A DNA stretch of 64,000 nt from Candidatus Hydrothermarchaeota archaeon (GTDB lineage Archaea; CAYFZR01): contig JBHIEG010000006.1 of NCBI GenBank assembly GCA_046760505.1, forward strand, positions 1-64,000, given 5' to 3'. This document shows positions 16,403 through 26,206 of this stretch, piece after piece; positions within the stretch are counted from its first letter, which is position 1; the number at the start of each line of letters is the position of its first letter. A program made the position numbers and the translations under genes. A model generated the notes under the pieces. That model did not search any database. It saw only the letters and a program-made list of their open reading frames with translations, and had not been told where the DNA came from.

Positions 16403-17200
16403 TTAATCCTTCTCTCTCAAAAATTCTCCCTTTCCACCAAGACTTTCTATTATATTTATTGCCTCCTTTGCTACACTGCTCAACGAATTCTCGGCTATTT
16501 TATAATCGGGCGCTGTTATCACTATTTTATACTTTGGTGCCCCTACATAGTATATATCTACATTTACTTCCTCATCATTGTATTTGTCTCTGGCATGGAT
16601 CAATGCCTCTTTGATGTCATCGATTCCTCTTGGCCTAGGAGAGGAGAGCTTCAGAGTGCCAGATATCTTTACATGAGGGGGCTCGATATTCTCTCTGGCA
16701 ATCTTTACTAGATTGTCCTTCCAATCTTTTGATATTTTGAGGTTTAAGAAGGCGTCATAACCAGAAATCGCTATTTCTTCCAATGCAGTATAAAGGTCAT
16801 CATATTCATTCATCAGCGGATATCCTACTTCTCTGTAACCTGTTTCTAAATCCTTTCCAAGAAGATTAGCAACGTATTCCAGCAGTTTTTCAGCTTTCTG
16901 TTCTCTTTTCCATTCTTGAATCTTTTCCTGCCTCTGTCTTTCTGTTATCCTCTTCAGAGAGAGATCTATGTGGCCTTTTGAAGGATCTACGTTGAGAACT
17001 TGGGCCACAACTTTTTGCCCTTCCCTTACGTGATCCCTGATATTCTTTACCCAGCCTGATGAAACTTCTGAAATATGAATTAGCCCGGACTTTCTTTCGT
17101 ATTCATCCAGTTCTACAAAAGCTCCGAAGTTTGCTACTCTAGTTACGGTTGCGATTACTAATTCACCTTCTTCTGGCCATTTGTACTTTTTTCTAACCAT
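16403..17200 (-). CDS. eif2a: Translation initiation factor 2 alpha
   Basis: PEEGELVIATV, S1 domain GLIHISEVSSGWVKNI, YYVGAPKY. Confidence 0.95.
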   Translation of the reverse strand: MVRKKYKWPEEGELVIATVTRVANFGAFVELDEYERKSGLIHISEVSSGWVKNIRDHVREGQKVVAQVLNVDPSKGHIDLSLKRITERQRQEKIQEWKREQKAEKLLEYVANLLGKDLETGYREVGYPLMNEYDDLYTALEEIAISGYDAFLNLKISKDWKDNLVKIARENIEPPHVKISGTLKLSSPRPRGIDDIKEALIHARDKYNDEEVNVDIYYVGAPKYKIVITAPDYKIAENSLSSVAKEAINIIESLGGKGEFLREKD

Positions 17201-17204
17201 GTTT

Positions 17205-17390
17205 TCACTCCAATATTTCAATGACCTTGGTTTTTACCTCTGCTTTTCCTCCCGTGGGTTCAGCCAATACCTTGTTGCAGATTATGCACCTTATCAGGGT
17301 GCTGGCGCAACCGAATATTACCTGCTCATTACCACAGTCCATGCACTTTACCCTTAAGAACCTGCTCTTCGGTTTTGGTATGACCTCCAT
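17205..17390 (-). CDS. rps27e: 30S ribosomal protein S27e
   Basis: [20 protein letters not shown]...[13 protein letters not shown]. Confidence 0.95.
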   Translation of the reverse strand: MEVIPKPKSRFLRVKCMDCGNEQVIFGCASTLIRCIICNKVLAEPTGGKAEVKTKVIEILE

Positions 17391-17400
17391 CTTTGACACC

Positions 17401-17679
17401 TTAGTCCACGAGTTCCAGTCTCTTTGTCCTGAACCCCTCCCTCGTATGGGCTTTTCCACATTCCTTGCACCTGTACCTCAAACTAACTTTTTTCGTTGGT
17501 TTTTCTCCAGATGGCAAGGCTCTCGGAAATCCTCCATATCCGCTCATCACTCTTCTGAACTGCCTTTGGCCCCACTTTAATTCACTTGCCTTTCTCTTCT
17601 TTACCTGTTCAATTTCATGAATTGTGTGTTTTTTACAGTAGGGACAGTGTGTACGTCTTGATTTCGGCATCTTAACCAT
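17401..17679 (-). CDS. rpl44e: 50S ribosomal protein L44e
   Basis: [31 protein letters not shown]. Confidence 0.97.
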   Translation of the reverse strand: MVKMPKSRRTHCPYCKKHTIHEIEQVKKRKASELKWGQRQFRRVMSGYGGFPRALPSGEKPTKKVSLRYRCKECGKAHTREGFRTKRLELVD

Positions 17680-17683
17680 GTTT

Positions 17684-18304
17684 TCACCTCAACTTTATCT
17701 CTTCTGCTAAGCCTCTTTTGATGAGGGGTTCTGCATTAGATAATGGTAATATTGCTATGTCCTCTGGTTTAAACTCCCCGTACGTTTTGCCATCTATACC
17801 CACTATTTGAGGTATGTATTCAAGCACACGAATCGCGACCTTTGGGATAGCAGATAAATTTTCGTTTTCTTCCTTTAAATCTTTCTCTGAGCTTTCTTCT
17901 TTTATTTCCTCAGGTTTTGTATACCCTTCGAAGATTTTCCTGCGGTGAATTTTTAGGTTTTTAACAATCTCCCTATATATCTCCTTTTCTTCCGGAGTCA
18001 TGCTGGATACATCGGATTCTTCGACTCCACCCCTCACATCTGCTAGTGCCTTGAAGAGTATCTTACGTTCTCTTTGCTCATATATATCTTTTATTATTTT
18101 TTTTGCGTTTCTGAGTTCGTCCTCTAGCATCTCGGTTTCTACTGTTAGATTTCCTTCCTTTATCCTTTTAGAATATTCATCAGACAAATTTTTTATGTAC
18201 TCCATAGCGAGCCTATAAAATTCCGGTGGTAAGGTGTATAGCCTTCTGGATTCTTTTTCCCTAGTTTTCAACTCCCTTAGCTTAATTATTTCCATTTTTT
18301 TCAT
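17684..18304 (-). CDS. DNA replication GINS subunit (Gins51-type)
   Basis: EK....L..LP..FY, R.RKI, C-terminal [22 protein letters not shown]; next to priS. Confidence 0.85.
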   Translation of the reverse strand: MKKMEIIKLRELKTREKESRRLYTLPPEFYRLAMEYIKNLSDEYSKRIKEGNLTVETEMLEDELRNAKKIIKDIYEQRERKILFKALADVRGGVEESDVSSMTPEEKEIYREIVKNLKIHRRKIFEGYTKPEEIKEESSEKDLKEENENLSAIPKVAIRVLEYIPQIVGIDGKTYGEFKPEDIAILPLSNAEPLIKRGLAEEIKLR

Positions 18305-19502
18305 TTATTCTTGCATCTCCCCTGCAAATCAAGAAAATGGCGGCATACGAAGGTAAAACTGCCTCTTCCTCCTCAAATGGTCCAAATGATTCTTCTTTCA
18401 GATTGAACTCGGGTGCCCTTCTTATCCAGACTTTAATCGGTTTATCATCGAATACAACAGCGTTAGAGAACGGATCAAAGTCTGGGAGTTCTTCTAGACT
18501 TAATTTCTTCGCTAACAAGCCTGTTTTTCCATGCAAAGATTCTGGAAGTCTAATAAGTCTTTTTATGTCTGTTGTTACTAATTGATCAATTTCTGATCCA
18601 AGGTTAACGGAAACGATGCTCTTTAGGTAATCGAATACCTTGGTATCGATCATTATTTGCCAGTATCCCTTTTTTATTCCTGTTATCAGTTCATCTCTGT
18701 ACTCATTTATTCTCTTCAATGTTTTATCGTCTAGGTCGATATTAAATTTTTCTGGATCTTCAAGAAATTCGATCATACCTTCGGCTATTCTTCCATACCA
18801 TCCAGCATCAGATGGTTTAGGTCCTATTAGAATTTCCTTTCCTCTTTTTGTGCTTGTATTTAAATTGCGCTTAGATTTAAGTATACTTTGGAGCTCTAAG
18901 CCTTCTCCCATGATGTACTCAACAATTTCCCTTCTTTCTCTTTGTCCGATATGAAATATATTTGGATTCAAAACATGTACATGATAGCCTCTCTGCCCAG
19001 AAAAGTTTATGTTTATATCTTCATCTGAAAAGCCAAAATCTCCAATCAGAAATTCATTTACAAGATTTATGGTTTCATTTTTAACCTTTTCCATGCATTC
19101 TTCACATAACCATTTTTTTTCTATCATTTTTCCGCCGCATCTTTTGCAGATTTCTTTTTTTCGTGACATGTATCCGCATTTACACTCGAAGTAGTCATGT
19201 TTTTCCTTGCATCTTGTTTTTATGTGATCAGCATCCAGATCAAACACAAGTTCTGCCCCATTCCAAAATTTGTCCTCCATTTTTTGAGCATCCGGATATT
19301 TATAGAATGCTGTGGAGTAATATAAGTCCCTTGGACACTCTTTCTTTAGAAAATTTAAAAAGTATGAGGCTTTTTTAAATGCTAGATGTCTTTTCATTAT
19401 GCCATCGAAGGAAACGAATGCCCATTCTCTCTCGCTATAAGATAATGGCAATTTGGGAGGGTTTTTTTTGTAGTATTCACAGAATTTTTTTCTCGGAAGC
19501 AT
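18282..19502 (-). CDS. priS: DNA primase small (catalytic) subunit
   Basis: REWAF, ELVFDLDAD, FSGQRGYHVHV, RLIRLPESLHGKTGL; extended Zn-ribbon insertion. Confidence 0.95.
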   Translation of the reverse strand: MLPRKKFCEYYKKNPPKLPLSYSEREWAFVSFDGIMKRHLAFKKASYFLNFLKKECPRDLYYSTAFYKYPDAQKMEDKFWNGAELVFDLDADHIKTRCKEKHDYFECKCGYMSRKKEICKRCGGKMIEKKWLCEECMEKVKNETINLVNEFLIGDFGFSDEDININFSGQRGYHVHVLNPNIFHIGQRERREIVEYIMGEGLELQSILKSKRNLNTSTKRGKEILIGPKPSDAGWYGRIAEGMIEFLEDPEKFNIDLDDKTLKRINEYRDELITGIKKGYWQIMIDTKVFDYLKSIVSVNLGSEIDQLVTTDIKRLIRLPESLHGKTGLLAKKLSLEELPDFDPFSNAVVFDDKPIKVWIRRAPEFNLKEESFGPFEEEEAVLPSYAAIFLICRGDARINEKNGNN

Positions 19503-20484
19503 CCATACGCCTCTTGTAGTACGTTAGCGGATGTTTCACTCCCTTACAAAAATCATTTTCCATACAAAGTTGAAAGGTCTTGAGGGTACTGCAAGCAGGA
19601 GGAGAATAAACAGTTCCAGAGCCTCTCATTCCTGAGATGTGTTCTACCTGATACACTGTTTTTTTCTCCTCAAAATCAAGTGATTTTGTAAATATGCTTA
19701 TGATATCTTCTTTTTTCATTCCTATATTTAAAAGGAACGTTACCAGGGCAAATCTACCCATATGTGAGATGTTCTCTCCTGCATTTATTCCGGACATCAG
19801 GGACTTGATGCAAGGGGGGAACCCGTACGGAGAAACTTTCCCATATATTTCTTTTTCGAACTTTTTCTTGTTTTTTGATATTATTTTCTTAATAGGAAGT
19901 GCATACTTCTCTAATTCTCCAGATATCTGTTCTGGAATCGGAATCGGTAGTTTCGATTGAATGTAAAATCTTATCTTTTCCTGTAATATTCTACAGAATT
20001 CAAATTTTGATAGCTCAATGTATCCTTTTTTCATTTTATGTGCTATCAATTTATACTTTGGATCGTTTCTCAGGATGTTGGTAAGTTCCAGAAAATCCAC
20101 AAAGTATAGCAGAAAGTCTTGATTCAAACGTGCATTTACTCTTAAAGAGGATGCTATTTCAATTAGTTTTTCTTTATTCAGGCTTTTCAAATAAATGTGC
20201 GCCTGTTTAGCCTCAAAGAGAGCATATCTTCTTATAAGATACTCATCGTTTATATGCGAGACCAGTAGATTAGAAAAAATATATGAAAGTAATTTGTTGA
20301 GATCTAAGGGTTCTTTTTCAATCCTTTCCCTTTCTAATGCTCTTATTAATCTAATTTGAGCATTTCTCCTAATTCCTTCGTAAGCTCTTGAAGTTATAAG
20401 TGAATCCAAAGGGATATCTAATCTTTCTATGTATCTCTTTGCCTCTGGAATAAAGGGAAATCTATAGAGGTGTCTTTCGTCCAT
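19477..20484 (-). CDS. priL: DNA primase large subunit
   Basis: RFPF, FPPCI, HMGRF, YQVEHI, YSPPAC.TL...LC...C..HPL.YY (4Fe-4S domain). Confidence 0.95.
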   Translation of the reverse strand: MDERHLYRFPFIPEAKRYIERLDIPLDSLITSRAYEGIRRNAQIRLIRALERERIEKEPLDLNKLLSYIFSNLLVSHINDEYLIRRYALFEAKQAHIYLKSLNKEKLIEIASSLRVNARLNQDFLLYFVDFLELTNILRNDPKYKLIAHKMKKGYIELSKFEFCRILQEKIRFYIQSKLPIPIPEQISGELEKYALPIKKIISKNKKKFEKEIYGKVSPYGFPPCIKSLMSGINAGENISHMGRFALVTFLLNIGMKKEDIISIFTKSLDFEEKKTVYQVEHISGMRGSGTVYSPPACSTLKTFQLCMENDFCKGVKHPLTYYKRRMDASEKKIL

Positions 20485-20485
20485 T

Positions 20486-21235
20486 TTATCCAGATTCTAC
20501 CCTTGGAGCTAAGAGGTAGGTAATGTTGCCGTTTGGTATATCAAACCTGAGTTCAAGCGGCAAATCTGTTCCAAGACTGAGCTTTACCGTATCCGTAGTT
20601 GGAACAGGTACCATCATGTTTTGGAGGTAGTCCACGTTGAACATGGATTTGGCGTTTTTCTTGACATCTAGGTCTATCAGACCCTCAGATTCTCTATCCA
20701 ATTCTATATCCAGCTCTCCTAAGTCGCCCCAAGATCTCATCGATAGTTTCTCAGAATCTACCTCGAAAACCAAGAGATCCCCCACAATTCTTGCATCGTT
20801 TATTGCATTTTTGAGAACTTCTGATCTGATTTCAACGAAAGCATCGAACTCTAGGTTTGGAACCTTGAATTCTGATTCAGGCATATCAAGGAGAGGAAGC
20901 GTAAAACTTCTTCTCGAGGCTCCCTCAAATGTGAGTGTGAAAAGATTTTTTTTCTCGTCAGATTCAATTTTCAAGAGGTCTTCTGGCTGAGCTCTTCTTA
21001 GAATTGTCTTTAGTCTCTCTAAATCCAGACCAATGACCCTTTCTTCGTCGATTTCGTATTTATCAAAGGCTTCTTTGTGCAGGTCTAGCATTATCATTGC
21101 CACGTGAGGGGGATCCATGGCGCGTACCTTAATTCCTTCTTCAGTTATGTGGAATGCACCTTCATCAATTATCTGCGAAATAGCGTCTATTACAAGTCTA
21201 AACGTCTTTATATCATTAATATCTATTCTAAACAA
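20486..21235 (-). CDS. pcn: PCNA sliding clamp
   Basis: AMDPPHVAM, C-terminal YLLAPRVE; TTG start. Confidence 0.95.
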   Translation of the reverse strand: MFRIDINDIKTFRLVIDAISQIIDEGAFHITEEGIKVRAMDPPHVAMIMLDLHKEAFDKYEIDEERVIGLDLERLKTILRRAQPEDLLKIESDEKKNLFTLTFEGASRRSFTLPLLDMPESEFKVPNLEFDAFVEIRSEVLKNAINDARIVGDLLVFEVDSEKLSMRSWGDLGELDIELDRESEGLIDLDVKKNAKSMFNVDYLQNMMVPVPTTDTVKLSLGTDLPLELRFDIPNGNITYLLAPRVESG

Positions 21236-21571
21236 TTAATTACCTCCCATTGCTTTCTTGAAAATTTCTACTGCGCGTTTATAGAGATCAAAATCTAAAT
21301 TTTCCATTAATTGTATAGCTTCACCCCTTATTTCTACTTTTTCCCCTATCAAAGGTGTTCCAAAAACCCTGACAAAATCTTTTACATTCACTTCGGGAGA
21401 GAAATCAAACCTCACTAGAACAGAGCCGCTTCCATCATCTAGTAAGATTGAATTTGTCTCTTCTTCTTTGTAGAGAACTACACCAAACAACATAACCCTA
21501 GAGTCATCCTCTATTTCATTTATCTTAATCATTTTGGCAGGCAGTTTCCAGTCTTTAAAAGATTTTGACAC
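21236..21571 (-). CDS. Small OB-fold protein, RPA small subunit-like
   Basis: PA..I.I.EI...RV.L.G.V, LDDGSG.V.V, VRVFG, D..LY; GTG start overlaps the tfs stop. Confidence 0.7.
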   Translation of the reverse strand: MSKSFKDWKLPAKMIKINEIEDDSRVMLFGVVLYKEEETNSILLDDGSGSVLVRFDFSPEVNVKDFVRVFGTPLIGEKVEIRGEAIQLMENLDFDLYKRAVEIFKKAMGGN

Positions 21572-21903
21572 TAGTATTCCCTCCAAGTATAATGACACTT
21601 GCTACATCTATAAAATCTTGTCTCTGGCTCATCGCTAGATCTAGTTTGCCTAATCCACCAGTAAGCAGTGTCGTTTCCACATTCCTTGCATGGGATCTTT
21701 GTACTTGGCAGCGCGGGGACTTCTTCGATTACTGGAATCTTTTCTTCTCTTCCCAATTTGTTGTCTTCAGACCTGTATTCTTTCCGTATGTGCGCATATT
21801 TATTTGAGATTTCTCGTGAGTCACATCTGCGACAATAAAGTATTACTTTCTCCTCTTCTTTTGTAATCTCCATCAATGTTCCGCATTGTTTGCAGAATTC
21901 CAT
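21571..21903 (-). CDS. tfs: Transcription factor S
   Basis: MEFCKQCG; QTRSSDEPETRFYRC..C..TWREY. Confidence 0.95.
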   Translation of the reverse strand: MEFCKQCGTLMEITKEEEKVILYCRRCDSREISNKYAHIRKEYRSEDNKLGREEKIPVIEEVPALPSTKIPCKECGNDTAYWWIRQTRSSDEPETRFYRCSKCHYTWREY

Positions 21904-22322
21904 CTAAACACCTTAAAATCCTCTACAATTTTGCCGTGGTCAAACGCTAATTCAGGGAGATCTTCTATGTTGAACCATTTTGCCTCACTTGCATCTGTAG
22001 TTGGTAAAAATTCTTGAGTAATTGGCTCGAGCACATAAACAATGGAGACCATATGTCCCCTGGGATCCCTCTTTGGATCAGAGTAGACCCCAAATAGCAT
22101 GTCTATTTTGCAATCCAAGCCAGTCTCTTCCTTGACTTCTCTTAAAACTGCTTTCTCTACACTTTCTCCGCATTCTACAAATCCGCCGGGAAGTGCCCAG
22201 GATCCTTTGTAGGGTTCTTTTTTCCGTTTTATTAGTACTATCTCGTTTTCCTTTAAGACAATTCCATCTACTGTTAGGGCAGGAGCCTTAAATTTGCCGC
22301 AAACACATGGACATTTAATCAT
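21873..22322 (-). CDS. NUDIX hydrolase (ADP-ribose pyrophosphatase-like)
   Basis: Nudix box GGFVECGESVEKAVLREVKEETGL; RDPRGH, LAFDH. Confidence 0.9.
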   Translation of the reverse strand: MIKCPCVCGKFKAPALTVDGIVLKENEIVLIKRKKEPYKGSWALPGGFVECGESVEKAVLREVKEETGLDCKIDMLFGVYSDPKRDPRGHMVSIVYVLEPITQEFLPTTDASEAKWFNIEDLPELAFDHGKIVEDFKVFRWNSANNAEH

Positions 22323-22750
22323 GGAATTAACCTCTTTACCTTAAGCAAGATGAGTTTCAAATAACCGACTTTTGGGATGGATATTATTACTTTCCCTATT
22401 ATCCAGTCCGGCTTAACCTTCCATGGATCTGCTTGCTTATTGTGGTCCCCCCTCGTCCTAAGGGTATTGTCAGGGTAAATTTTGGTGACGCGATGCACTA
22501 TTGGTATAGAGAATCCAGGCGGTCTAAAAACTATGATGTCTCCCTCTTTTATGGTTGTAATGTTCGCTCCTTTGACAATAAGTAGATCTCCCGGATAGTA
22601 GACTGGAATCATACTGTCACTTGCTACAGCAACCATTGGCGTTTCTGTATTGAGTGCATATGAAAGCCCTTGGTTGAAAAAGAAGCCTACTAGTATGCCT
22701 ATTATTGCATATAACAAAATCTCCTTTACAGTACCCTTCTTATTTTCCAT
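22319..22750 (-). CDS. Signal peptidase I (archaeal Sec11 type)
   Basis: VASDSMIP, GDLL, IVHRV, TRGDHN..D. Confidence 0.9.
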   Translation of the reverse strand: MENKKGTVKEILLYAIIGILVGFFFNQGLSYALNTETPMVAVASDSMIPVYYPGDLLIVKGANITTIKEGDIIVFRPPGFSIPIVHRVTKIYPDNTLRTRGDHNKQADPWKVKPDWIIGKVIISIPKVGYLKLILLKVKRLIP

Positions 22751-23341
22751 TTATGCTCGCCCCATGGATTCTCCAAGCGTGACTCCTCTCGCTATTATAT
22801 GTGCTAGCCTTATAGGCTCTGGAACGACCCCTCTGTAAAGGGAAAGTTTAACCAGATTTATGGCTGCTTCTTTAGATACGCCGTAAGATTGGAGGTATAT
22901 CTTGCTTCTTTTGTAGTTAAATATAAATATGTTCCCGGCTCTCTTTACTCTATCCCATCTTTTCTTTGCATCATCAAACTGCTCTAGAGCCTTCTTCATA
23001 GATTCCATGTCTGGTTTCTTCCTCATAACTACAATAATTGGTAATTCCGTCTTTTCACCAAGTTCTGTGATGTCTACTATGTTAAATCCTCCTAAAGTGA
23101 TTCCTTTGAGCATTATTACTCTAATCTGTTCGTAGTGTCTCGAATTTAGGACAAGGGAAGTAAGTCTTTCTGTTGCATCATCTCCATCTACTGTAACTTT
23201 TGTGCTTATGACTCCATCCAAGTGATGTTTTCTCGTTACCGCTCCCACAACGAGAACTTCTTTGTCATCAAATGTGAATGGCGCATCATCGAATCCCAAC
23301 ATCCTTATTTCTTCTTTTATATGGGAAAAATCAGTTGTCAT
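22751..23341 (-). CDS. DUF99 / UPF0215 family protein
   Basis: GFDDAPF, VDGDDAT, GITLGGFNIVD, PEPIRLAHIIA. Confidence 0.85.
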   Translation of the reverse strand: MTTDFSHIKEEIRMLGFDDAPFTFDDKEVLVVGAVTRKHHLDGVISTKVTVDGDDATERLTSLVLNSRHYEQIRVIMLKGITLGGFNIVDITELGEKTELPIIVVMRKKPDMESMKKALEQFDDAKKRWDRVKRAGNIFIFNYKRSKIYLQSYGVSKEAAINLVKLSLYRGVVPEPIRLAHIIARGVTLGESMGRA

Positions 23342-24029
23342 TTTTTTCAATAGCCTCCTTGATGGCTTTTTCGATCGCATTCATGTGAAACTTTCCAGCA
23401 AGATGTATTGGACTTTCCCCCTTAACTATATCCATGCCTCTTTTTGACCTACATGGATAGTACTGAGTGTATAATCCGGCAAGTCTTGGTGCCTGACTTA
23501 CATCTTTTCCCACTAAATTTTCAGCTACGAACCATGATGCCCCACATGGAGATCCTTTAATCACTGTTATTTCTTTGATGGTATCATCTTCTAACTTTAT
23601 CTTGTACTTTGGGAAGCCAAATTCCTTTGCGAATCTATCGTATTCTTTTATTCCTTTGGGAACGAGACTGCAGCATGTAAGAGGTACTATTATGCTAAGG
23701 TCTTTCCTCTTATTTTTAAGGTAGAGCGCGGATTCATCTTCCTTTGGTATCAAAAATGTTTTAACTCCCTGTTTTGATCCGATGTCTACTATGTATGATG
23801 TAAGGTCAGGGTGTAGAGAATAGGTGAAAACCATGTCCACATCTTTGAAGTAATCGGGAAAATCCTCAGGAAAATATTCCTCTGGATGCTCTATAAAGGA
23901 GGGAACTTCTTTGGGAAGTGAGAACTTTTTAACAACCGAGACATTTCTTCCATATTTATTTATGGTCTCTTCAACTCTTTCTCCGTACTTGCCACGCAAA
24001 ATAAGAAGTATTTTTAATTTATCCACCAA
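23331..24029 (-). CDS. DUF166 family protein
   Basis: G.YG.R, LHPDL, P..CCSL, FGFP, GSPCGASWFVA, YPC, IH.AG..H. Confidence 0.75.
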   Translation of the reverse strand: MVDKLKILLILRGKYGERVEETINKYGRNVSVVKKFSLPKEVPSFIEHPEEYFPEDFPDYFKDVDMVFTYSLHPDLTSYIVDIGSKQGVKTFLIPKEDESALYLKNKRKDLSIIVPLTCCSLVPKGIKEYDRFAKEFGFPKYKIKLEDDTIKEITVIKGSPCGASWFVAENLVGKDVSQAPRLAGLYTQYYPCRSKRGMDIVKGESPIHLAGKFHMNAIEKAIKEAIEKNDN

Positions 24030-24765
24030 TAGACCTCAGTATAGCCTTTATCGACTCAACTGAGATGGAATTTTTATTTAGATCGTATGGAGACTTTCCT
24101 TGGATATCAGCATTTACAATGTTCTCATCGTAGGGAATCGATCCTAGGAGAGGCATATCAATAGAACTTTTTATGAATTCGATCTGCTCATCGTGAGTTA
24201 TTTTGTTTGCTACCGCTGCAATATTTTTTATTCCGATCCCTTTGGACAATTCTTTTATCCTGTTTGCCGTGTCTATGGATCTTTGTCCAGGCTCAACTAT
24301 CACTACCATCAAATCAACATTTTCAGCTGTTCTTCTTCCCAGATGCTCTATGCCTGCTTCCATGTCCAGGATCACCCAGTCTTCCTCCTTCAGTATTAGA
24401 TGTCTAAGTAATGCGCGTAGAAATGTACTTTCTGGACATACACACCCTGATCCACCGGTTTCAACCGTACCCATAACAAGAAGCCTTATTTTGTTCTTTT
24501 TTATGCTAAAATTATCCAAGACATCATTTACCTTTGGATTCAGCCTGTATAGACCAGATCCCATCACGGTTCTTTCTTCTATCAACTCTTTTAGCTTTGA
24601 GACCGGGGTTGGTAATTCTGAGATTCCAAGGCTTGTGTGCAAGTTCATATCCGGATCTGCATCTATTGCTATTACATTCTTTCCTTCTTCGTCAAGTATT
24701 CTTGCAAGTATTCCGGAAAAGGTTGTTTTGCCGGTCCCCCCTTTACCGGCGACTGCAATTTTCAA
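24019..24765 (-). CDS. cooC: CODH nickel-insertion ATPase CooC
   Basis: GKGGTGKTT, IDADP, GSGCVCPE, DMEAGIEHLGR. Confidence 0.92.
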   Translation of the reverse strand: MKIAVAGKGGTGKTTFSGILARILDEEGKNVIAIDADPDMNLHTSLGISELPTPVSKLKELIEERTVMGSGLYRLNPKVNDVLDNFSIKKNKIRLLVMGTVETGGSGCVCPESTFLRALLRHLILKEEDWVILDMEAGIEHLGRRTAENVDLMVVIVEPGQRSIDTANRIKELSKGIGIKNIAAVANKITHDEQIEFIKSSIDMPLLGSIPYDENIVNADIQGKSPYDLNKNSISVESIKAILRSIGG

Positions 24766-24793
24766 AAGATCACCTAAATTTAATAAAAAAAGG

Positions 24794-26194
24794 TTACTTC
24801 AGTTCCAAAGTCGATACAAGCTTTGGTATTCCGCTAGAATCCCTTGGACCTACCACTACTTTCCAACCGGATATGTCTTCAAGTTCTCCCGTTATACGCG
24901 CGGCCATTCCAGGTATTACAATAGTCCTGTGTTTTACCTTCTCCTCTATTTTTGTCTCGTCCATTGTCTCCTTAACCCTTGACGCATTTAATTGCCCCCC
25001 TGCAACCGCAGATTCTACGCCAATTCCCTCTGTATCTACAACAAGGAGCCAACAGTCTATGTTTCCAGATTCTATATCACTTGCTACCGTGTAGTAAGTG
25101 AGCGCAAAGTTCGTGGTGAACATGACCGGAGACATATCTGTTGGCGATCCTATTTCCTTCAATCCAGGTTCTACGGATACGGGTCTTCTGGGGTCTGTGT
25201 ATAGGTTCTCCCTAAGCGTTATCAACGGTATGATCATCCAAGGCTCGATGCAATGGAGTATCATGAGATCACTAAAGTTTACTAAACAAATATTAGATAC
25301 AATAGCCTCTAAATTTGCTTTTGTAATATCATCTCCTTCCGTTAACCATGCAACTGCTGGAACTGTCATTAGTGGAAATCCTAAGTCTTTTTGTCCTTCC
25401 TCTATGGCTGCTCTTCTTAGCATTACCAGATTGTTTACCGTGGTGCTTATTCCTTCTCCTTGAGGGTATGTTCCGGGATCCAATACGATTTCTTCAATTC
25501 CCATTGCTAGTAAGGCTCTCGTAATAGATCTCATTAATTCAAGGTCATTTGGAGCGAATACCGCCAAAGGCACGTTGTATTTTAGCGCTAACTTGCCGAC
25601 TTCCTCCCAATTTTCCCTTGTTGCAGCGTATATCAAAGGCCTTCTATCCTTAACAACTTCTAAGCCCGCTTCTAAGATTTTGGGATCGAATGAACAGAGT
25701 ATTAGCGGTATTTTCACATTATCTGCAACTGTTTTCACTGCCTTCTTGAATTTTTCTGCATCTTTGCTCACGCTTCTTATGGCAACCATTTCTAACTTCA
25801 ATATCATCCCTATGTATTCCTTTGTAAAGTCCTGAGCAAACTTGGAACGCTTTATTATCTCATCTTCTTTCATTTCATCCGTAACTTCTATTGCTATGGC
25901 TGTTTTGTTATAATATGTTAATTCATGTCTGTAGAGTACTTCTTCTCCTCCTATGAGAACCTGATTATCACCAACTCCTACTCTCACTAACGAAACAAGA
26001 GGTGCAAGGTAATCCTTTAGTTTCTCAAGTTTTTCCTTATATTTTGGCTCCTTCATGTATGGACAGTCTTCTATATCCTTTGTGCGTTCAATCAATTGGG
26101 CTGCGAATGCCATACATGTGTTGAATCCGCAATCTCCACAGTTTGTTTGAGGAAGAAACTGATATGCTTCCAGAGGGCTTTTTACCTTAACCAT
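24794..26194 (-). CDS. cdhE: ACDS gamma subunit (corrinoid FeS protein large subunit)
   Basis: LPQTNCGDCGFNTCMAFA, GGEEVLYRHE, YTDPRRP, TTNFALTY, VGPRDSS. Confidence 0.97.
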   Translation of the reverse strand: MVKVKSPLEAYQFLPQTNCGDCGFNTCMAFAAQLIERTKDIEDCPYMKEPKYKEKLEKLKDYLAPLVSLVRVGVGDNQVLIGGEEVLYRHELTYYNKTAIAIEVTDEMKEDEIIKRSKFAQDFTKEYIGMILKLEMVAIRSVSKDAEKFKKAVKTVADNVKIPLILCSFDPKILEAGLEVVKDRRPLIYAATRENWEEVGKLALKYNVPLAVFAPNDLELMRSITRALLAMGIEEIVLDPGTYPQGEGISTTVNNLVMLRRAAIEEGQKDLGFPLMTVPAVAWLTEGDDITKANLEAIVSNICLVNFSDLMILHCIEPWMIIPLITLRENLYTDPRRPVSVEPGLKEIGSPTDMSPVMFTTNFALTYYTVASDIESGNIDCWLLVVDTEGIGVESAVAGGQLNASRVKETMDETKIEEKVKHRTIVIPGMAARITGELEDISGWKVVVGPRDSSGIPKLVSTLELK

Positions 26195-26206
26195 CCTTGA
26201 TACCTC

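Noticed and set aside
24203-25094. Long plus-strand ORFs (259 aa, 186 aa) opposite cooC/cdhE, and similar antisense ORFs throughout
   Set aside because: They are shadow frames of well-conserved genes, Ser/Phe/Ile-rich, with no motifs.
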